A stretch of 64,000 nucleotides of DNA from Eledone cirrhosa (lineage: Eukaryota): NCBI GenBank assembly GCA_964016885.1, contig OZ024742.1, forward strand, positions 35,774,001 through 35,838,000, in the 5' to 3' direction. Both the position numbers and the translations under genes were made by a program. Positions 1-13,435 of this stretch are shown one piece after another. The notes beneath the pieces were generated by a model. That model was not told the origin of the DNA. It did no database searches and saw nothing but the letters and a program-made list of their open reading frames with translations. Each line of letters opens with the position of its first letter. Positions within the stretch are counted from its first letter, which is position 1.

Positions 1-2127
1 AAAACCAGTATGACTCTAAAAACCGGTTTGTCTGTGTGTTTACATACAGAATAGCTGGCCACTCACAGTAAAGTGATCAGTGAAAAAAAAAAACTTGGTA
101 CATCTACATATGTATACGTGTGTGTATTCATATACATACTAGTATTTCAGTATACATATATGGATGTACATCTTTGACTTAATTGTTTGAGCGTCAGTCA
201 TACAAAAGTGAGTTACAAACGAAACGAAATTTAATTTCGTTTCGTTATTTGTTTTTATCGTCTCCGTTGAACCGGTACTTACTCACACTCTATGCAAGTT
301 GGTCTGCCCACTACTAATTTTCATAGAAAAAGCATATAGCGATATGTGCTTTTACGATTCTCTAGAGAGGCCGGAAGATAGGTAAATATTGCTGATGAGT
401 TGTAACAACAACGAAACTAGTTCAATATTCCTTGTCTGGCTTTCTGGAGAATAGAGGAAAGGTGTTTCCTCAAAAACCAGTATGACTCTAAAAACCGGTT
501 TGTCTGTGTGTTTACATACAGAATAGCTGGCCACTCACAGTAAAGTGATCAGTGAAAAAAAACTTGGTACATCTACATATGTATACGTGTGTGTATTCAT
601 ATACATACTAGTATTTCAGTATACATATATGGATGTACATCTTTGACTTAATTGTTTGAGCGTCAGTCATACAAAAGTGAGTTACAAACGAAACGAAATT
701 TAATTTCGTTTCGTTATTTGTTTTTATCGTCTCCGTTGAACCGGTACTTACTCACACTCTATGCAAGTTGGTCTGCCCACTACTAATTTTCATAGAAAAA
801 GCATATAGCGATATGTGCTTTTACGATTCTCTAGAGAGGCCGGAAGATAGGTAAATATTGCTGATGAGTTGTAACAACAACGAAACTAGTTCAATATTCC
901 TTGTCTGGCTTTCTGGAGAATAGAGGAAAGGTGTTTCCTCAAAAACCAGTATGACTCTAAAAACCGGTTTGTCTGTGTGTTTACATACAGAATAGCTGGC
1001 CACTCACAGTAAAGTGATCAGTGAAAAAAAACTTGGTACATCTACATATGTATACGTGTGTGTATTCATATACATACTAGTATTTCAGTATACATATATG
1101 GATGTACATCTTTGACTTAATTGTTTGAGCGTCAGTCATACAAAAGTGAGTTACAAACGAAACGAAATTTAATTTCGTTTCGTTATTTGTTTTTATCGTC
1201 TCCGTTGAACCGGTACTTACTCACACTCTATGCAAGTTGGTCTGCCCACTACTAATTTTCATAGAAAAAGCATATAGCGATATGTGCTTTTACGATTCTC
1301 TAGAGAGGCCGGAAGATAGGTAAATATTGCTGATGAGTTGTAACAACAACGAAACTAGTTCAATATTCCTTGTCTGGCTTTCTGGAGAATAGAGGAAAGG
1401 TGTTTCCTCAAAAACCAGTATGACTCTAAAAACCGGTTTGTCTGTGTGTTTACATACAGAATAGCTGGCCACTCACAGTAAAGTGATCAGTGAAAAAAAA
1501 CTTGGTACATCTACATATGTATACGTGTGTGTATTCATATACATACTAGTATTTCAGTATACATATATGGATGTACATCTTTGACTTAATTGTTTGAGCG
1601 TCAGTCATACAAAAGTGAGTTACAAACGAAACGAAATTTAATTTCGTTTCGTTATTTGTTTTTATCGTCTCCGTTGAACCGGTACTTACTCACACTCTAT
1701 GCAAGTTGGTCTGCCCACTACTAATTTTCATAGAAAAAGCATATAGCGATATGTGCTTTTACGATTCTCTAGAGAGGCCGGAAGATAGGTAAATATTGCT
1801 GATGAGTTGTAACAACAACGAAACTAGTTCAATATTCCTTGTCTGGCTTTCTGGAGAATAGAGGAAAGGTGTTTCCTCAAAAACCAGTATGACTCTAAAA
1901 ACCGGTTTGTCTGTGTGTTTACATACAGAATAGCTGGCCACTCACAGTAAAGTGATCAGTGAAAAAAAACTTGGTACATCTACATATGTATACGTGTGTG
2001 TATTCATATACATACTAGTATTTCAGTATACATATATGGATGTACATCTTTGACTTAATTGTTTGAGCGTCAGTCATACAAAAGTGAGTTACAAACGAAA
2101 CGAAATTTAATTTCGTTTCGTTATTTG

Positions 2128-2134
<7 letters not shown>
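1..2134 (+). mobile_element. Tandem array (~4.5 units, 469 bp) of a hammerhead-bearing retrozyme / PLE pLTR-like unit (family A); runs off the window start
   Basis: Near-identical units with period 469; one HHR per unit; ends in (TA)n. Confidence 0.9.
385..429 (+). ncRNA. Type I hammerhead ribozyme, family A (also 854-898, 1323-1367, 1792-1836)
   Basis: AAUAUUG-CUGAUGA-GUUG(UAACAA)CAAC-GAAA-CUAG-UU-CAAUAUU; 7-bp stem I, palindromic stem III. Confidence 0.9.
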
Positions 2135-2637
<503 letters not shown>

Positions 2638-2792
2638 CTTTCAATTTCTTTCTATCAAATTTTGTTATATATATATATATATTTATCTATTTATTTATAT
2701 ATATATATAGTTAATAAATGAAACAAACAAAACACAGGAGGCAATTTTACACAGTTATATATAAGTTCACGCTTGGGGGGAAGTGGAGGAGG

Positions 2793-2828
2793 TTTCAACG
2801 TTTCGGACAGAAGTCTTTCTTCGTGAAA
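2793..2828 (-). ncRNA. Degenerate minimal hammerhead-like motif
   Basis: UUUC-ACGAAGA-AAGAC(UUCU)GUCC-GAAA-CG-UU-GAAA; core positions 3-4 are non-canonical. Confidence 0.4.
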
Positions 2829-3413
2829 GTTCGGATAAGGAGAGAACAGTTACACGTAAGAATAGTGTAAGAAGGTTAGGAAAGGAAGTTTTAAAAAATA
2901 GTGGTAGGTGGGGGTTGAAAGTTCCGGCTTGTGGGGTGGGGGTTAGCATGGGTGTGTCGAAGGGGAGACATTGGTAGATGTGCGTGGCTTCTGTCTGTGT
3001 CCCAGATTTTGTAAAGTGAAGTCTGTGAGGTTTAAGTTTGTGTGTGTGCGTACGTGTGAGAGTGCTGGGTAGGGGCTTTTCTGTAAATGTTATATATCTA
3101 TATATATGGGAGTGGGGTATAATGTGGATTTAATAGAAACCTGTCTATTATGAAACCCTTAACAGTAGAAATGACGATCCTTGCGGCGACGGGAAGCAGA
3201 TTTTGGTGGTCTGTGACAGTAGTTTATATTATAAAGAATTTATTTGTTTTAAGGTGAGAAATGTGGAAGGGTTCTGGCACATCTCTGTCATTCTGTGAAA
3301 TACTTCTGTAAACATTTCAATAGTTTTTCCCTAGCCAGGCTCCCATCTTATCTAAAGACCAAAAAAACCCCCAGACATTATGGATGTAGGTTTGGCACAT
3401 ATTCAAACATACA

Positions 3414-3445
3414 TCTGTCTGTTTGTTTGCCTCTCTGTCTGTCAC

Positions 3446-3481
<36 letters not shown>

Positions 3482-3600
3482 TTTCACTATCTGTCTATTT
3501 CTCTGTTTGTCTGCATGTCTCTGCCTGACTGTTGGTCTATATGTTTGCCTGTTTATCTATCTATGGATCTACCTATCTATTTATCTGTCTCTCTATATAT
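3414..3600. repeat. (TCTG/TCTA)n microsatellite; inverted counterpart at ~3985-4052
   Basis: Direct reading. Confidence 0.85.
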
Positions 3601-4055
3601 AAACTTGCATACATAAATATATACATGCATATACACATATGTATACATATATGCACCCAAGCACATATATTCGACAATTAAACCCATCCCCTCTCTTGTG
3701 CGACACCAGAGCTCTTACCACCCCCCGTACCGTTCTTCTTCTTCTTCCTTTCTCTCTTTGTTTTTCTTTCTATATTTCCCTATTCTTTGTTTCCTTTTGT
3801 TTCCCCATTTTTTAATTATTTCTTAGAAATTGTAGATTGTTTCTATTAAAATATAGTAGCCATTGAAATTTACCCTCAGCGAAACCTTCCAGAGAGAAAT
3901 TAATTCATGTATAAACATTTATCTGTTAAAGTTATTTGTGTAAATGGTTTAAGAAGCTAACTAGAAATAATTGTTGGGAGACAGGCACATGGATAGATAA
4001 ATACACAAACAGACAAACAGATAGACAGTCAGACAGACAGATAGATAGATATGTT

Positions 4056-5218
4056 TCTTTTATTTGCCACCAGGGCATCAAAAGTGGGACAAGTACAAAG
4101 GGGGGAGTTTACACAAAAAGGCGTCCTCAATAAGGAGGAGGCAATAACAGTGTATAAAAATAAAATAAAATATAACAAAAAATAAAATTTATAACAAAGT
4201 CCTCAATAGAGAGGAGGCGCCTTGGGGGGTCGCACACACCCCCGAAAAAAGTGTGCAACCCTTTTCCTCAGGAGCACAGAGAGGGGGTGCTCCCTCGTTC
4301 ATTCCTCTTTTCCACCTACAGGCTTATGTAAAGAGAAGGCCCATTCACACGGGCCATTCTCGCCACTTTCACCAACCTTTCATAAAAACGACTGGGGTGG
4401 AGCACCTCTCTCTCCATCCTGATCCTTCTTCCGAAATGATATCGGAAGAAACGGACCAGTTGTTGGCCAGAGAGAAAGGTGCCTGACCTCAGTCCTTTCA
4501 GATGCGTCCACCATACAACTTCTTTCACCATGGCTATTACGCACAGAAACACCGCCTCTCCTTCATCTTTGAAGGGGGGAGGCGGCTTGATCATTACAAT
4601 AGACTCGGTGGTCAACCGGATCGGTCCCACCCTTGACAGCAGTTGTTCGACATAGCCCCACAGATCGGCTACGCCCGAGCAGTGTACCAATGCGTGTGCA
4701 ACGGTTTCCTCGTCGCACACGCATCTGGGACAGATCTTTTTGGCGGGGTCCCTACCCGGGCGCCCGTGTCTGTAGAGCTTTTCTCGAACGGGTAGAGCCC
4801 CTCGGTAGCACTGCCAGGCCAGGGACTTCTGGAAGTTGTCCATAGGTCCCGGGCTGAATGTCCTACCGAACAGGCTGGCCAGTTCGTCCTCCTCCATGTC
4901 TAGGGCTTCTCCGAGGGCGTCGTCGCACCTGCTGCGTACCAGCCCTCTATAGAATGTTGCGGTGGAGTCTCCACTGATAACCGGATCCGCCTGCCAGAGG
5001 GCGGTGAGCGCCTGGGCACACTCAGTGTGCCAGGCGCCCAGTTTTCTCGGTCTTTGCTTGACCCAGGATTGCAGCTCGGTGAGTGAGACGAGTCTGGGAA
5101 AGGTTCGTCTCACAAACGAGGCCCAAACCGGTTGACCGGTGAGGAATACCTGAAGGTGCCGTAGCCTTAATGCGTGTTTACGCATCATTAGCCACGGCAT
5201 CCCCAGCCCTCCTTTCGA
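4056..5218 (-). mobile_element. 5'-truncated Tx1/L1-like LINE copy (ORF2 C-terminus with Cys/His motif plus 3' UTR)
   Basis: ORF 4316-5200 with GGLGMP...CPRC..DEETVAHALVHC; paralogous to 5222-6370. Confidence 0.9.
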
Positions 5219-5462
5219 ATTCTATTTATTTGCCAGCAGGGCATCAAAGATTGGGACAAATACAAGGGGGGGGGGGAGTTTACATACATTTCAAAGGACG
5301 TGGAAAAACATATAACAAATAAAATTCAACAATCAAAGTCCTCAATAGGGAGGGGGCGTTGACGTGGGTCGCACATACCCCCGAAAAAAATGTGCAACCC
5401 TCCTCTTCAGGAGCACAAAGAGCGGGTGCTCCCTTTCTCTCCTCTTTCTTCTCCTCTCTCAC

Positions 5463-8400
5463 CTACAAGCTGATATAGAGAGTAGGCCCATTCACTCGGG
5501 CCATTCTCGCCACTTTCACCCACCTTTCATAAAACTTGCTGGGGTAGAGGACTTCTCTCTCTCTATTTTGATCCTTCTTCTAAAATGGTCCTTGAAAAAA
5601 AGGACCAGTTGTTGGCCGGAGAGAAAAGTGTCTGACCTCAGCCCTTTCAACCTTGTCCACCATACAACCTCTTTCGCCATAGCTATCACACAGCGGAAAA
5701 CCGCCTCTCCTTCGTTGTTGAAGGGGGGGGGGGGGGGGGGTTGATTGTGACAATGTACTCGGTGGTCAACCGGATTGGTCCCACCCACGACAGTAGTCGT
5801 TCCACATAGCCCCACAGGTCAGCAACACCCGGGCAGTGTACGAATGCGTGCGCGACGGTTTCCTCGTCACGCACGCATCTCGGACAGATCTTCTTCGAGG
5901 GGTCCCTACTCGGGCGCCCGTGTCTGTAGAGCTTGTCCCGATCGGGTAGAGCTCCTCGGTAGCACTGCCAAGCCAGGGACTTTTGGAAGTTGTCCATCGG
6001 TCCCGGGCCTAACGTCCTACCGAACAGACTGGCTAGCTCGTCTTCCTCCATGCCCAGAGCCTCTCCGAGAGCGTCGTCGCACTTGCTGCGCATCAACCCT
6101 CTATAGAATGTTGAGGTTGAGTCTCCACTGATTGCCGGATCCGCTTGCCAGAGGGCTGTGAGCGCCTGGGCACATTCAATGTGCCAGTCACCCATTTTTC
6201 TCGGTCTTTGCTTGACCCAGGATTGCAGCTCGGTGAGTGAGACGAGTCTCGGAAAGGCTCGCCTCACAAAAGGGGCCCACACCGGCTGACCGGTGAGGAA
6301 TACCTGGAGGTGCCGTAGCCTTAATGCGTGTCTACGCATCGTCAGCCATGGCATCCCCAGCCCTCCGTTCGAAGGGTGTTGACAGCAGATAGATCTTCTC
6401 ACCAAAGCGGCCCGCATTTTGGCGAGCGTTTTCGCTGGGCAAGGCACGACGGTCAAGCGGTAGTAGATGACGGACGCTATACCTCCGCTCGACCTTTCAG
6501 GGATAGTTTGCACTCGGCCCACTTCTGGGCGAGTGCAAACACCCTGCCCGTTACCTCGTCCCATCGTCCCAGCTTTTCTCGACCTGGAGGTCCGGTCCGA
6601 ACCAGACCCCGAGCAGCTTCACCGGTCTCTCCGTCCAGCGTCCGACGACGCCGTCGGAGGGCATCGGTTTGCATCTCCACTTTCCGAGTTGCAAACCGAC
6701 GGACTTGTCCCGGTTCAGCTTGGCTCCTGTAAACCTTTCGTATACCTCCAGTAAGGTGCCGATCTGCCCAATTTCCGAGGCGCACGACACCATTACTGTC
6801 ACGTCATCGGCGTAGGCCGACACCGCTTTCCGCAATCCCAGTTCCAAGGGGATTCTCTGCAACAGCTCCAACTTCCGCAGTAGTGGCTCGAGAGCCAGCA
6901 CATACAGAAGGGAGGAGAGAGGGCATCCCTGTCGGATGGATCGCGCGATTTGGAACGGCTCCGAGAGGTAGCCGTTCACCTTGACCCTCGAGCAGGTGTT
7001 GCTGTTGTGCATTGCAGCAATCCAGCCCATGAAAACGGGTCCGAAGCCTGCCGCCGAGAGCACCGCTTCCAGGTACCGATGGTCGACCCTATCGAACGCC
7101 TTAGATTGATCCAAGTTGATCAGGGCCCTACCAAAGCCGGGTTCGTTTCCCACCCTCTCTACGATGTATCGCATGAGGTGGAGGTTGTCGTGTATGGACC
7201 TGGACGGCATTGCGCATGTCTGCGCTTCTCCCACCAGGTTCCCGACGACAAGCGCCAACCTCTTCGATAACACCTTGGCCAAAATCTTTAACTCTGTGTT
7301 TAGTAGAGTTATGGGCCTGAAGTTATCTATGTCATCCCCCTTGTTCTCGTCCTTCCTCACCAGCGTGACTACGCCCTTGGTCACAGAACTGGGAATTCTC
7401 CCATTCTGTTGCCAGTTGCAGTAGACCGCCTCGAGGAGATCGGAGAACAAGTCCAGCACCGCTACATAAAGTTCGTATGGTAGACCATCGAGACCAGGAG
7501 ATTTGCGTTTGCCGCATAGGCTCAGCGCTTCCCCTATTTCAGCGGCTGAAATCGGCCTATTGCAGGACTTATCCTCCCCGCCCGAGAGCCGTGGCAGACC
7601 GTCGAGGTATGGACCGGAATCCATGGCCTCACCCGGCCCGCTGCCCCTCCCGAACAGTCGTGCAAAGCGCCGTTGAAAGGCCGCGCACATCCGCTCAGGT
7701 TCAAAGATCACGCGTCCATCCTGGTCCTTCAAAGACCGAATCGTGGACTTGTTTCCACTTTTTGTCTCTGTCACTTGGGCCCAGCTAAGATATTTGGCTC
7801 CCTCGTTACCTAGAGCACGTATTTTACTCCTGACAACGCAGCCCTCGTGCTTCGCCTCAAAGAACTGGTCTAGGGCCGTTCTTGACACCAGCACGCCGGC
7901 CACGTGGCCCCTCATAATCGCCTCTTTTACTCTATCTATCAATTGCCTTTCAGTTCTATTCCTATCTGATGCTAATTTCTGACTAAAACCTATCGATTCT
8001 ATTCTAATTTCTCTCTTGAGAGAGCCCCACCACCCGCTGTTGACAATTGCCCCCGTCAACTGCTTCTTAACTAGATAACTAATCCGCTTACTGTAAGCTT
8101 TGTTTGTCGGTAAGGACAAGTTTAGCTTCCAGTAACCGGGTCCTTGTCTATGGGTTCTATCAAGGTTGACCACTCCGGTCACCAGCTTGTGATCCGAATA
8201 GTCAACCATGAACATTCGTGGACAGCTTAATATGTTCCTATCTTTATTTCTAACTAGGAACCTATCTAGGTACGACCTAGATGTTCCCCTAAAATTAGTC
8301 CACGTCCACAGTGGCACAGTCGGAAAATCTAGTCGATATCTATCTGCCATATCAAATCGGCCGATTAACCGTTTGAGGCTGTTACACCCCCCTCTGTCGG

Positions 8401-8871
8401 GACATGCCCCTACATAGTCCCAACGTGCATCCAGGATATCATTCCAGTCCCCCACTAAAAGCAAGGAGTGAGACGTTCCCAGAAAAGTCTCTAGGCGTTG
8501 GAAGAAGTCCGGTCGCGGTGTCCCAGCTGGGGCATACGTTGCCACCAGCCTGAAGGCTCCACCTTCACTACTGCCTACGTCTAGAACCACCAGTCGACCC
8601 TCCGGGTCCAGGTGTACATTCCGTGTTGCGAGGCCCGGGTGTTTTCGCAGCAGAACGACCACCCCGCCCCCACCCCCGGCTGACAGAGAGATGCATAGAT
8701 CTCAAAGTCGTCGAAGATGGGGGGAGCCAGTTGGTGCTCGCTGCTGATCCTGGACTCGCAAATAGCTATCACATCCATTCTGTGCGACCAGAGGTCATTT
8801 AAAAGTTTGCCCTGCTTCGAGGACCACCCCAGGCCGCGCACATTTAAACATCCAACTCTTATAACAGCCAT
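5463..8871 (-). pseudogene. ORF2 endonuclease / reverse transcriptase, frameshifted
   Basis: LNVRGL, VGDWN, LDRF, SDH (APE); PGLDGLP, FRPITLLN, KAFDRV, RQGCPLS, YADD (RT); split over ORFs 8581-8919, 6551-8662, 6477-6785, 5686-6564, 5516-5815. Confidence 0.93.
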
Positions 8872-8899
8872 GTTGGTGGTGAAGAGTTTAGATTGGAGA

Positions 8900-10130
8900 A
8901 AAAGAAAAGAAAAAGACACCTACCTGTCCTTCTCCTGGGGACCAGGCTGCACAATTTCCATGGGGGTGTCGGCGGGGTTGTTTGGTGGGGTGGTGGTTTG
9001 GGATGTGGTGGGGGACATCAGTGTGTGGTGGGGTGGAGGTGTTTGGTGGGGGAGGGGTGTCTGGGGTGGTGGTGGGGAAACATTTCAAGAGGACGCGGTT
9101 GCTAGGTCTAGTCCAGGGGTTCTCCACGTCCTCGGGAAAGTTCTTTTTGAGCTTTGCGTAGGTGTCCCTTGGGACCCTAATCATTTTAAAATGCGGTTTA
9201 GTAGCCGCGTTGGTTAACATTTTCCCTTCGGTTTCCACCGAAGGGTCTTTGTCTATTGTTTGCACAAGTGTTTTGTTGTTTGTGTTGATGTATGTATACT
9301 GTTTTTGTTGTGTTGTGTTTGTTTTTGTTTGTTGGTCTTGTGTGTGTTTGCGTTTTGTAGTATGTGTTATGTTTTCGGGAGGGGTGGGTTTTTTGTTTGT
9401 GATGTTTGTTCTGTTAGTGCTGGTGGTTGTGTGTTTGTTGCATTTTTGTTAATGTGGTGCCTTCTTTTCTTTCTTTTTACAGGTTGAAAGGGTTCTTCTT
9501 CGTCGTCACTGGGTGACGTTGATAAGGGGTCCTCGTCCGTGTTGTTGGGGAGGGGTATATTTTGGGGTTTCGTTGTGGGTGCTTTTGTATTTGTTTTAGG
9601 TGGGGAGGGGTTGGGTGGGACAGTGTCTTGTATTGTTATTATTTCATGTTGTTGTTGTGGTGGTGGTGGTGATTGTGTTGTTGTGTGTAGAGTGGACAGA
9701 AGCGTATTTTTTTAGGGGGGGGGGGGGGCATTTAAAAGGGGACAGGAAGCCCTCAGGTGACCACTTCTTGAACAGTGGTAGCATGAAGGCCGCCTGCCCT
9801 CAACAGAAATGTTTATGGAGGCGACTCCATCCAGGGACACACGCTGCGGTATTCTTGCTATCCGTTCTGGTCTCATTTGGACCAGAACTTCAAGGCTATT
9901 GCCGCCGAATACGCCCAAGGTGGGTTCGCCTATCGAAAGGATTGTGTCCTCATCTTCTAAGAATCCCGTTAGCACCCACCAAATACTCACATTTGGCCTG
10001 ATGTCCGAGATTCTTATCTTTTAAGTTCTTTTCCCCAAATATGTGGGGAAAAAGGTGTATGCTTTGGATACAATTGGCGATACAGAATATTTCCGTGCCG
10101 CCAATTCATCTTGCATTAAAACAGATATGC

Positions 10131-10133
<3 letters not shown>
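8900..10133 (-). pseudogene. ORF1 (gag-like, zinc knuckle), disrupted and 5'-truncated at (TA)n
   Basis: VEGRRPSCYHCSRSGHLRASCP (CX2CX4HX4C) in ORF 9712-9990. Confidence 0.75.
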
Positions 10134-10164
<31 letters not shown>

Positions 10165-10255
10165 CGAAGGAAATGTGGTAAGGAACCAGGTGGACCATAA
10201 CGCACCAAAGTACTCAATACTTGAGGTAGTAGAGTGGGTAATAGGAACCAGTAAG

Positions 10256-10349
10256 ACCCCGACAGCTGAGCTCAAGCCGTTTCGACGGCTAATTCTGGAC
10301 TAAATGAACATTTATCCTGGTATTTAAATAGCCGATCTTCTCAAGGGGT
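10256..10349 (-). ncRNA. Type I hammerhead, U3-A8 core variant (family D)
   Basis: Reverse complement of 12199-12292. Confidence 0.8.
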
Positions 10350-12198
10350 AATTCCATATATGGTCAAAGTGATTGTCAAAAATCAGTAGTAATTCTGTGG
10401 TTGCAAATTAGTAGGGGAGATGGTGGCTAAACCTGCCAGTAGGAGAAAGAGGGGAGGGGGTGGAGTAGACCCAATCAAGCGTTGGTAGTGCCAGCTACAG
10501 CTGGGCATGAGGTCAAAGAAGATACAGGGGAGGGGGAGGGGGAGGAAGTCGGAACGGTAGGTAGAACAATGGGGGGTAAAAATAGGAAAGAAAAAATACT
10601 GAGAGTGAAGAAAAGCAAAAAAGTGTAAAGAAAAAATTAAATTCTACGACCTAGGTGTCAGGCTATTGTTAGGCGAGAATAAAATAAAGAAAGAAAGAAA
10701 GAAGTAAATAAATAAATAAATAAATAAATAAGGAAATAAGTAAAAGAACTAGGTGGGACGAATTAAGCAAGGACCCTTTTAAGAGGTATAAGTACGTAAA
10801 TGATACGGTGACTGGTCAACAAAAGGGGCCAAAATACTAAAGAGACTACCACGAAATAAACAATAAAGGTTTCCATCCCGGGCCAGCAACGACCCAGTGC
10901 AGCAAAGTGAACTTGTACGACATAATAATTCTGAGTCCCGGGAAAAATATATACTAATGCTAACTCTAAAAGATCTAAAACAAGCTACATGAAAGTTCGT
11001 ACGAAATAAAGGTAGAATACGGAGAAATAAGTTCAGAATCCACCCCGCCCAGAAGAAAAGCGAAGCAAGAAATACTGAAACGAAAAAATAAGGCATAAGT
11101 GCCACTAAGAAATAAAGAGGGCACAGAGAATAGTGGGAGCGGTCGGAAAAGGGGGGCAAGTATCCGGGGTCTAAGCCAACTGCTATAAAGGGCGGAGTCC
11201 GCCAAATCTATCAAAGACTAGGGGAGGGGGGAGTGGGGGTACTAAGGCTACATGGGGCCAAAGGGCAGCCTCGGGTGGGCGAGAAAAGACGCCGACAAAG
11301 GAGAAGTACCCCCACTCCCCCCTCCCCTAGTCTTTGATAGATTTGGCGGACTCCGCCCTTTATAGCTGTTGGCTTAGACCCCGGATACTTGCCCCCCTTT
11401 TCCGACCGCTCCCACTATTCTCTGTGCCCTCTTTATTTCTTAGTGGCACTTATGCCTTATTTTTTCGTTTCAGTATTTCTTGCTTCGCTTTTCTTCTGGG
11501 CGGGGTGGATTCTGAACTTATTTCTCCGTATTCTACCTTTATTTCGTACGAACTTTCATGTAGCTTGTTTTAGATCTTTTAGAGTTAGCATTAGTATATA
11601 TTTTTCCCGGGACTCAGAATTATTATGTCGTACAAGTTCACTTTGCTGCACTGGGTCGTTGCTGGCCCGGGATGGAAACCTTTATTGTTTATTTCGTGGT
11701 AGTCTCTTTAGTATTTTGGCCCCTTTTGTTGACCAGTCACCGTATCATTTACGTACTTATACCTCTTAAAAGGGTCCTTGCTTAATTCGTCCCACCTAGT
11801 TCTTTTACTTATTTCCTTATTTATTTATTTATTTATTTATTTACTTCTTTCTTTCTTTCTTTATTTTATTCTCGCCTAACAATAGCCTGACACCTAGGTC
11901 GTAGAATTTAATTTTTTCTTTACACTTTTTTGCTTTTCTTCACTCTCAGTATTTTTTCTTTCCTATTTTTACCCCCCATTGTTCTACCTACCGTTCCGAC
12001 TTCCTCCCCCTCCCCCTCCCCTGTATCTTCTTTGACCTCATGCCCAGCTGTAGCTGGCACTACCAACGCTTGATTGGGTCTACTCCACCCCCTCCCCTCT
12101 TTCTCCTACTGGCAGGTTTAGCCACCATCTCCCCTACTAATTTGCAACCACAGAATTACTACTGATTTTTGACAATCACTTTGACCATATATGGAATT

Positions 12199-12292
12199 AC
12201 CCCTTGAGAAGATCGGCTATTTAAATACCAGGATAAATGTTCATTTAGTCCAGAATTAGCCGTCGAAACGGCTTGAGCTCAGCTGTCGGGGT
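12199..12292 (+). ncRNA. Type I hammerhead, U3-A8 core variant (family D)
   Basis: ACCCC-UUGAGAA-GA(U)CGGCUA...UAGCCGUC-GAAA-CGGCU(UGAGCUC)AGCUG-UC-GGGGU. Confidence 0.82.
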
Positions 12293-12302
12293 CTTACTGG
12301 TT

Positions 12303-12375
<73 letters not shown>

Positions 12376-13435
12376 ATAGAGAGAGAGAGAGGGGGGGGAG
12401 ATAGAGACAGACAGATAGTATTAACATATGTAATATACGAACCATCATAAAAAAATCTAATGTAAAATAAGTATATACTTTGTGGAAGAAGCATATCTAC
12501 ATGTACCATGGACAAATTCAAATCTCTGGCAAATATAGTTGGATTAGTTCATTCGCTTTAAATACTTATTTATTTTTGTCACGCCAGTAAACGACATTGC
12601 TGCTTAACGACCGCTCACACTTACGACCAGACATTTTCTATGTGCACATAATTATGATATGACTAGTTTTCATTTTTTATGTAATTTTTTTGTTACATAT
12701 TTTTGTATGTTTTTATCCAACGAAACCTTTCCCTATGTTTCAATATACATTTTTTTTTTTAGATATTTAATGAATTTCGTTATTCAGATACTTTAGTATA
12801 AAACTGATATTTACTAATTTTCCATACATTCATGAACTCTCTCATCTGGCTCATAGCATCGAAACAATATCTGAAGATATTCTATGATAAGGAAATGTTC
12901 TTTACGACTATGTAGGTAGAATGAATGCTGAACGGTAAGTGGGGAGTGGCTGTATATAGAATAAAGTTTAAATTGAATCTACTACAAACAATAGTCAGTA
13001 TCGTCTGTCTCAGTGAAATTAGTACGGCTGTTATATGGGAGTGGTCGGTGACATTTTCATTATAGTAATGACATAGCACTTAACATTAAGTAATAGTAGT
13101 ACAAAGAGAAAAGATTATCTTTAAAGTAATCTTAACAAAAGATGAGGGGTGCCATAGTACATGCTCACTTGACATGCATGAAATAGCAGCCAAATCTCCC
13201 TCAAATTTCCTCCTCACCATCTTCAATAAGGCGAAGACGTATAAGATAACATTGGTTTTTCATATAACTTTATTATAGTTATGATTAGCTTCCTATTTAG
13301 GACAGAGACCACAGCTTTTGGACCCCTATCCTATTACTTTTTTCTTTCTTTTCTTTCGTCCTTCTATCTGTGCTGGTTGTCTTATCACACACACACACAC
13401 ACATCATACCACCAGAAATATTTATTTTCTGCTGC

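Larger units (their letters stand above)
5222..10133 (-). mobile_element. Near full-length decayed Tx1/L1-clade non-LTR retrotransposon
   Basis: ORF1 with CCHC knuckle, then ORF2 with APE, RT and C-terminal zinc motif. Confidence 0.93.
10163..12307. mobile_element. Fold-back non-autonomous PLE-like element with ~1 kb inverted arms (family D)
   Basis: Arms ~10241-11243 and ~11306-12307, near-identical; an HHR at each outer end; (TA)n on both flanks; small derivative at 44071-44270. Confidence 0.85.

Noticed and set aside
352-1941. Repeated 60-aa ORF (MASYSVCKH...), also at 46881-48369
   Set aside because: Non-ATG start, antisense to the HHR, no recognisable domain; by-product of the tandem repeat
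10779-11769. Mirror-image 126-aa and 79-aa ORFs
   Set aside because: Artefacts of the inverted repeat; non-ATG starts, no domains
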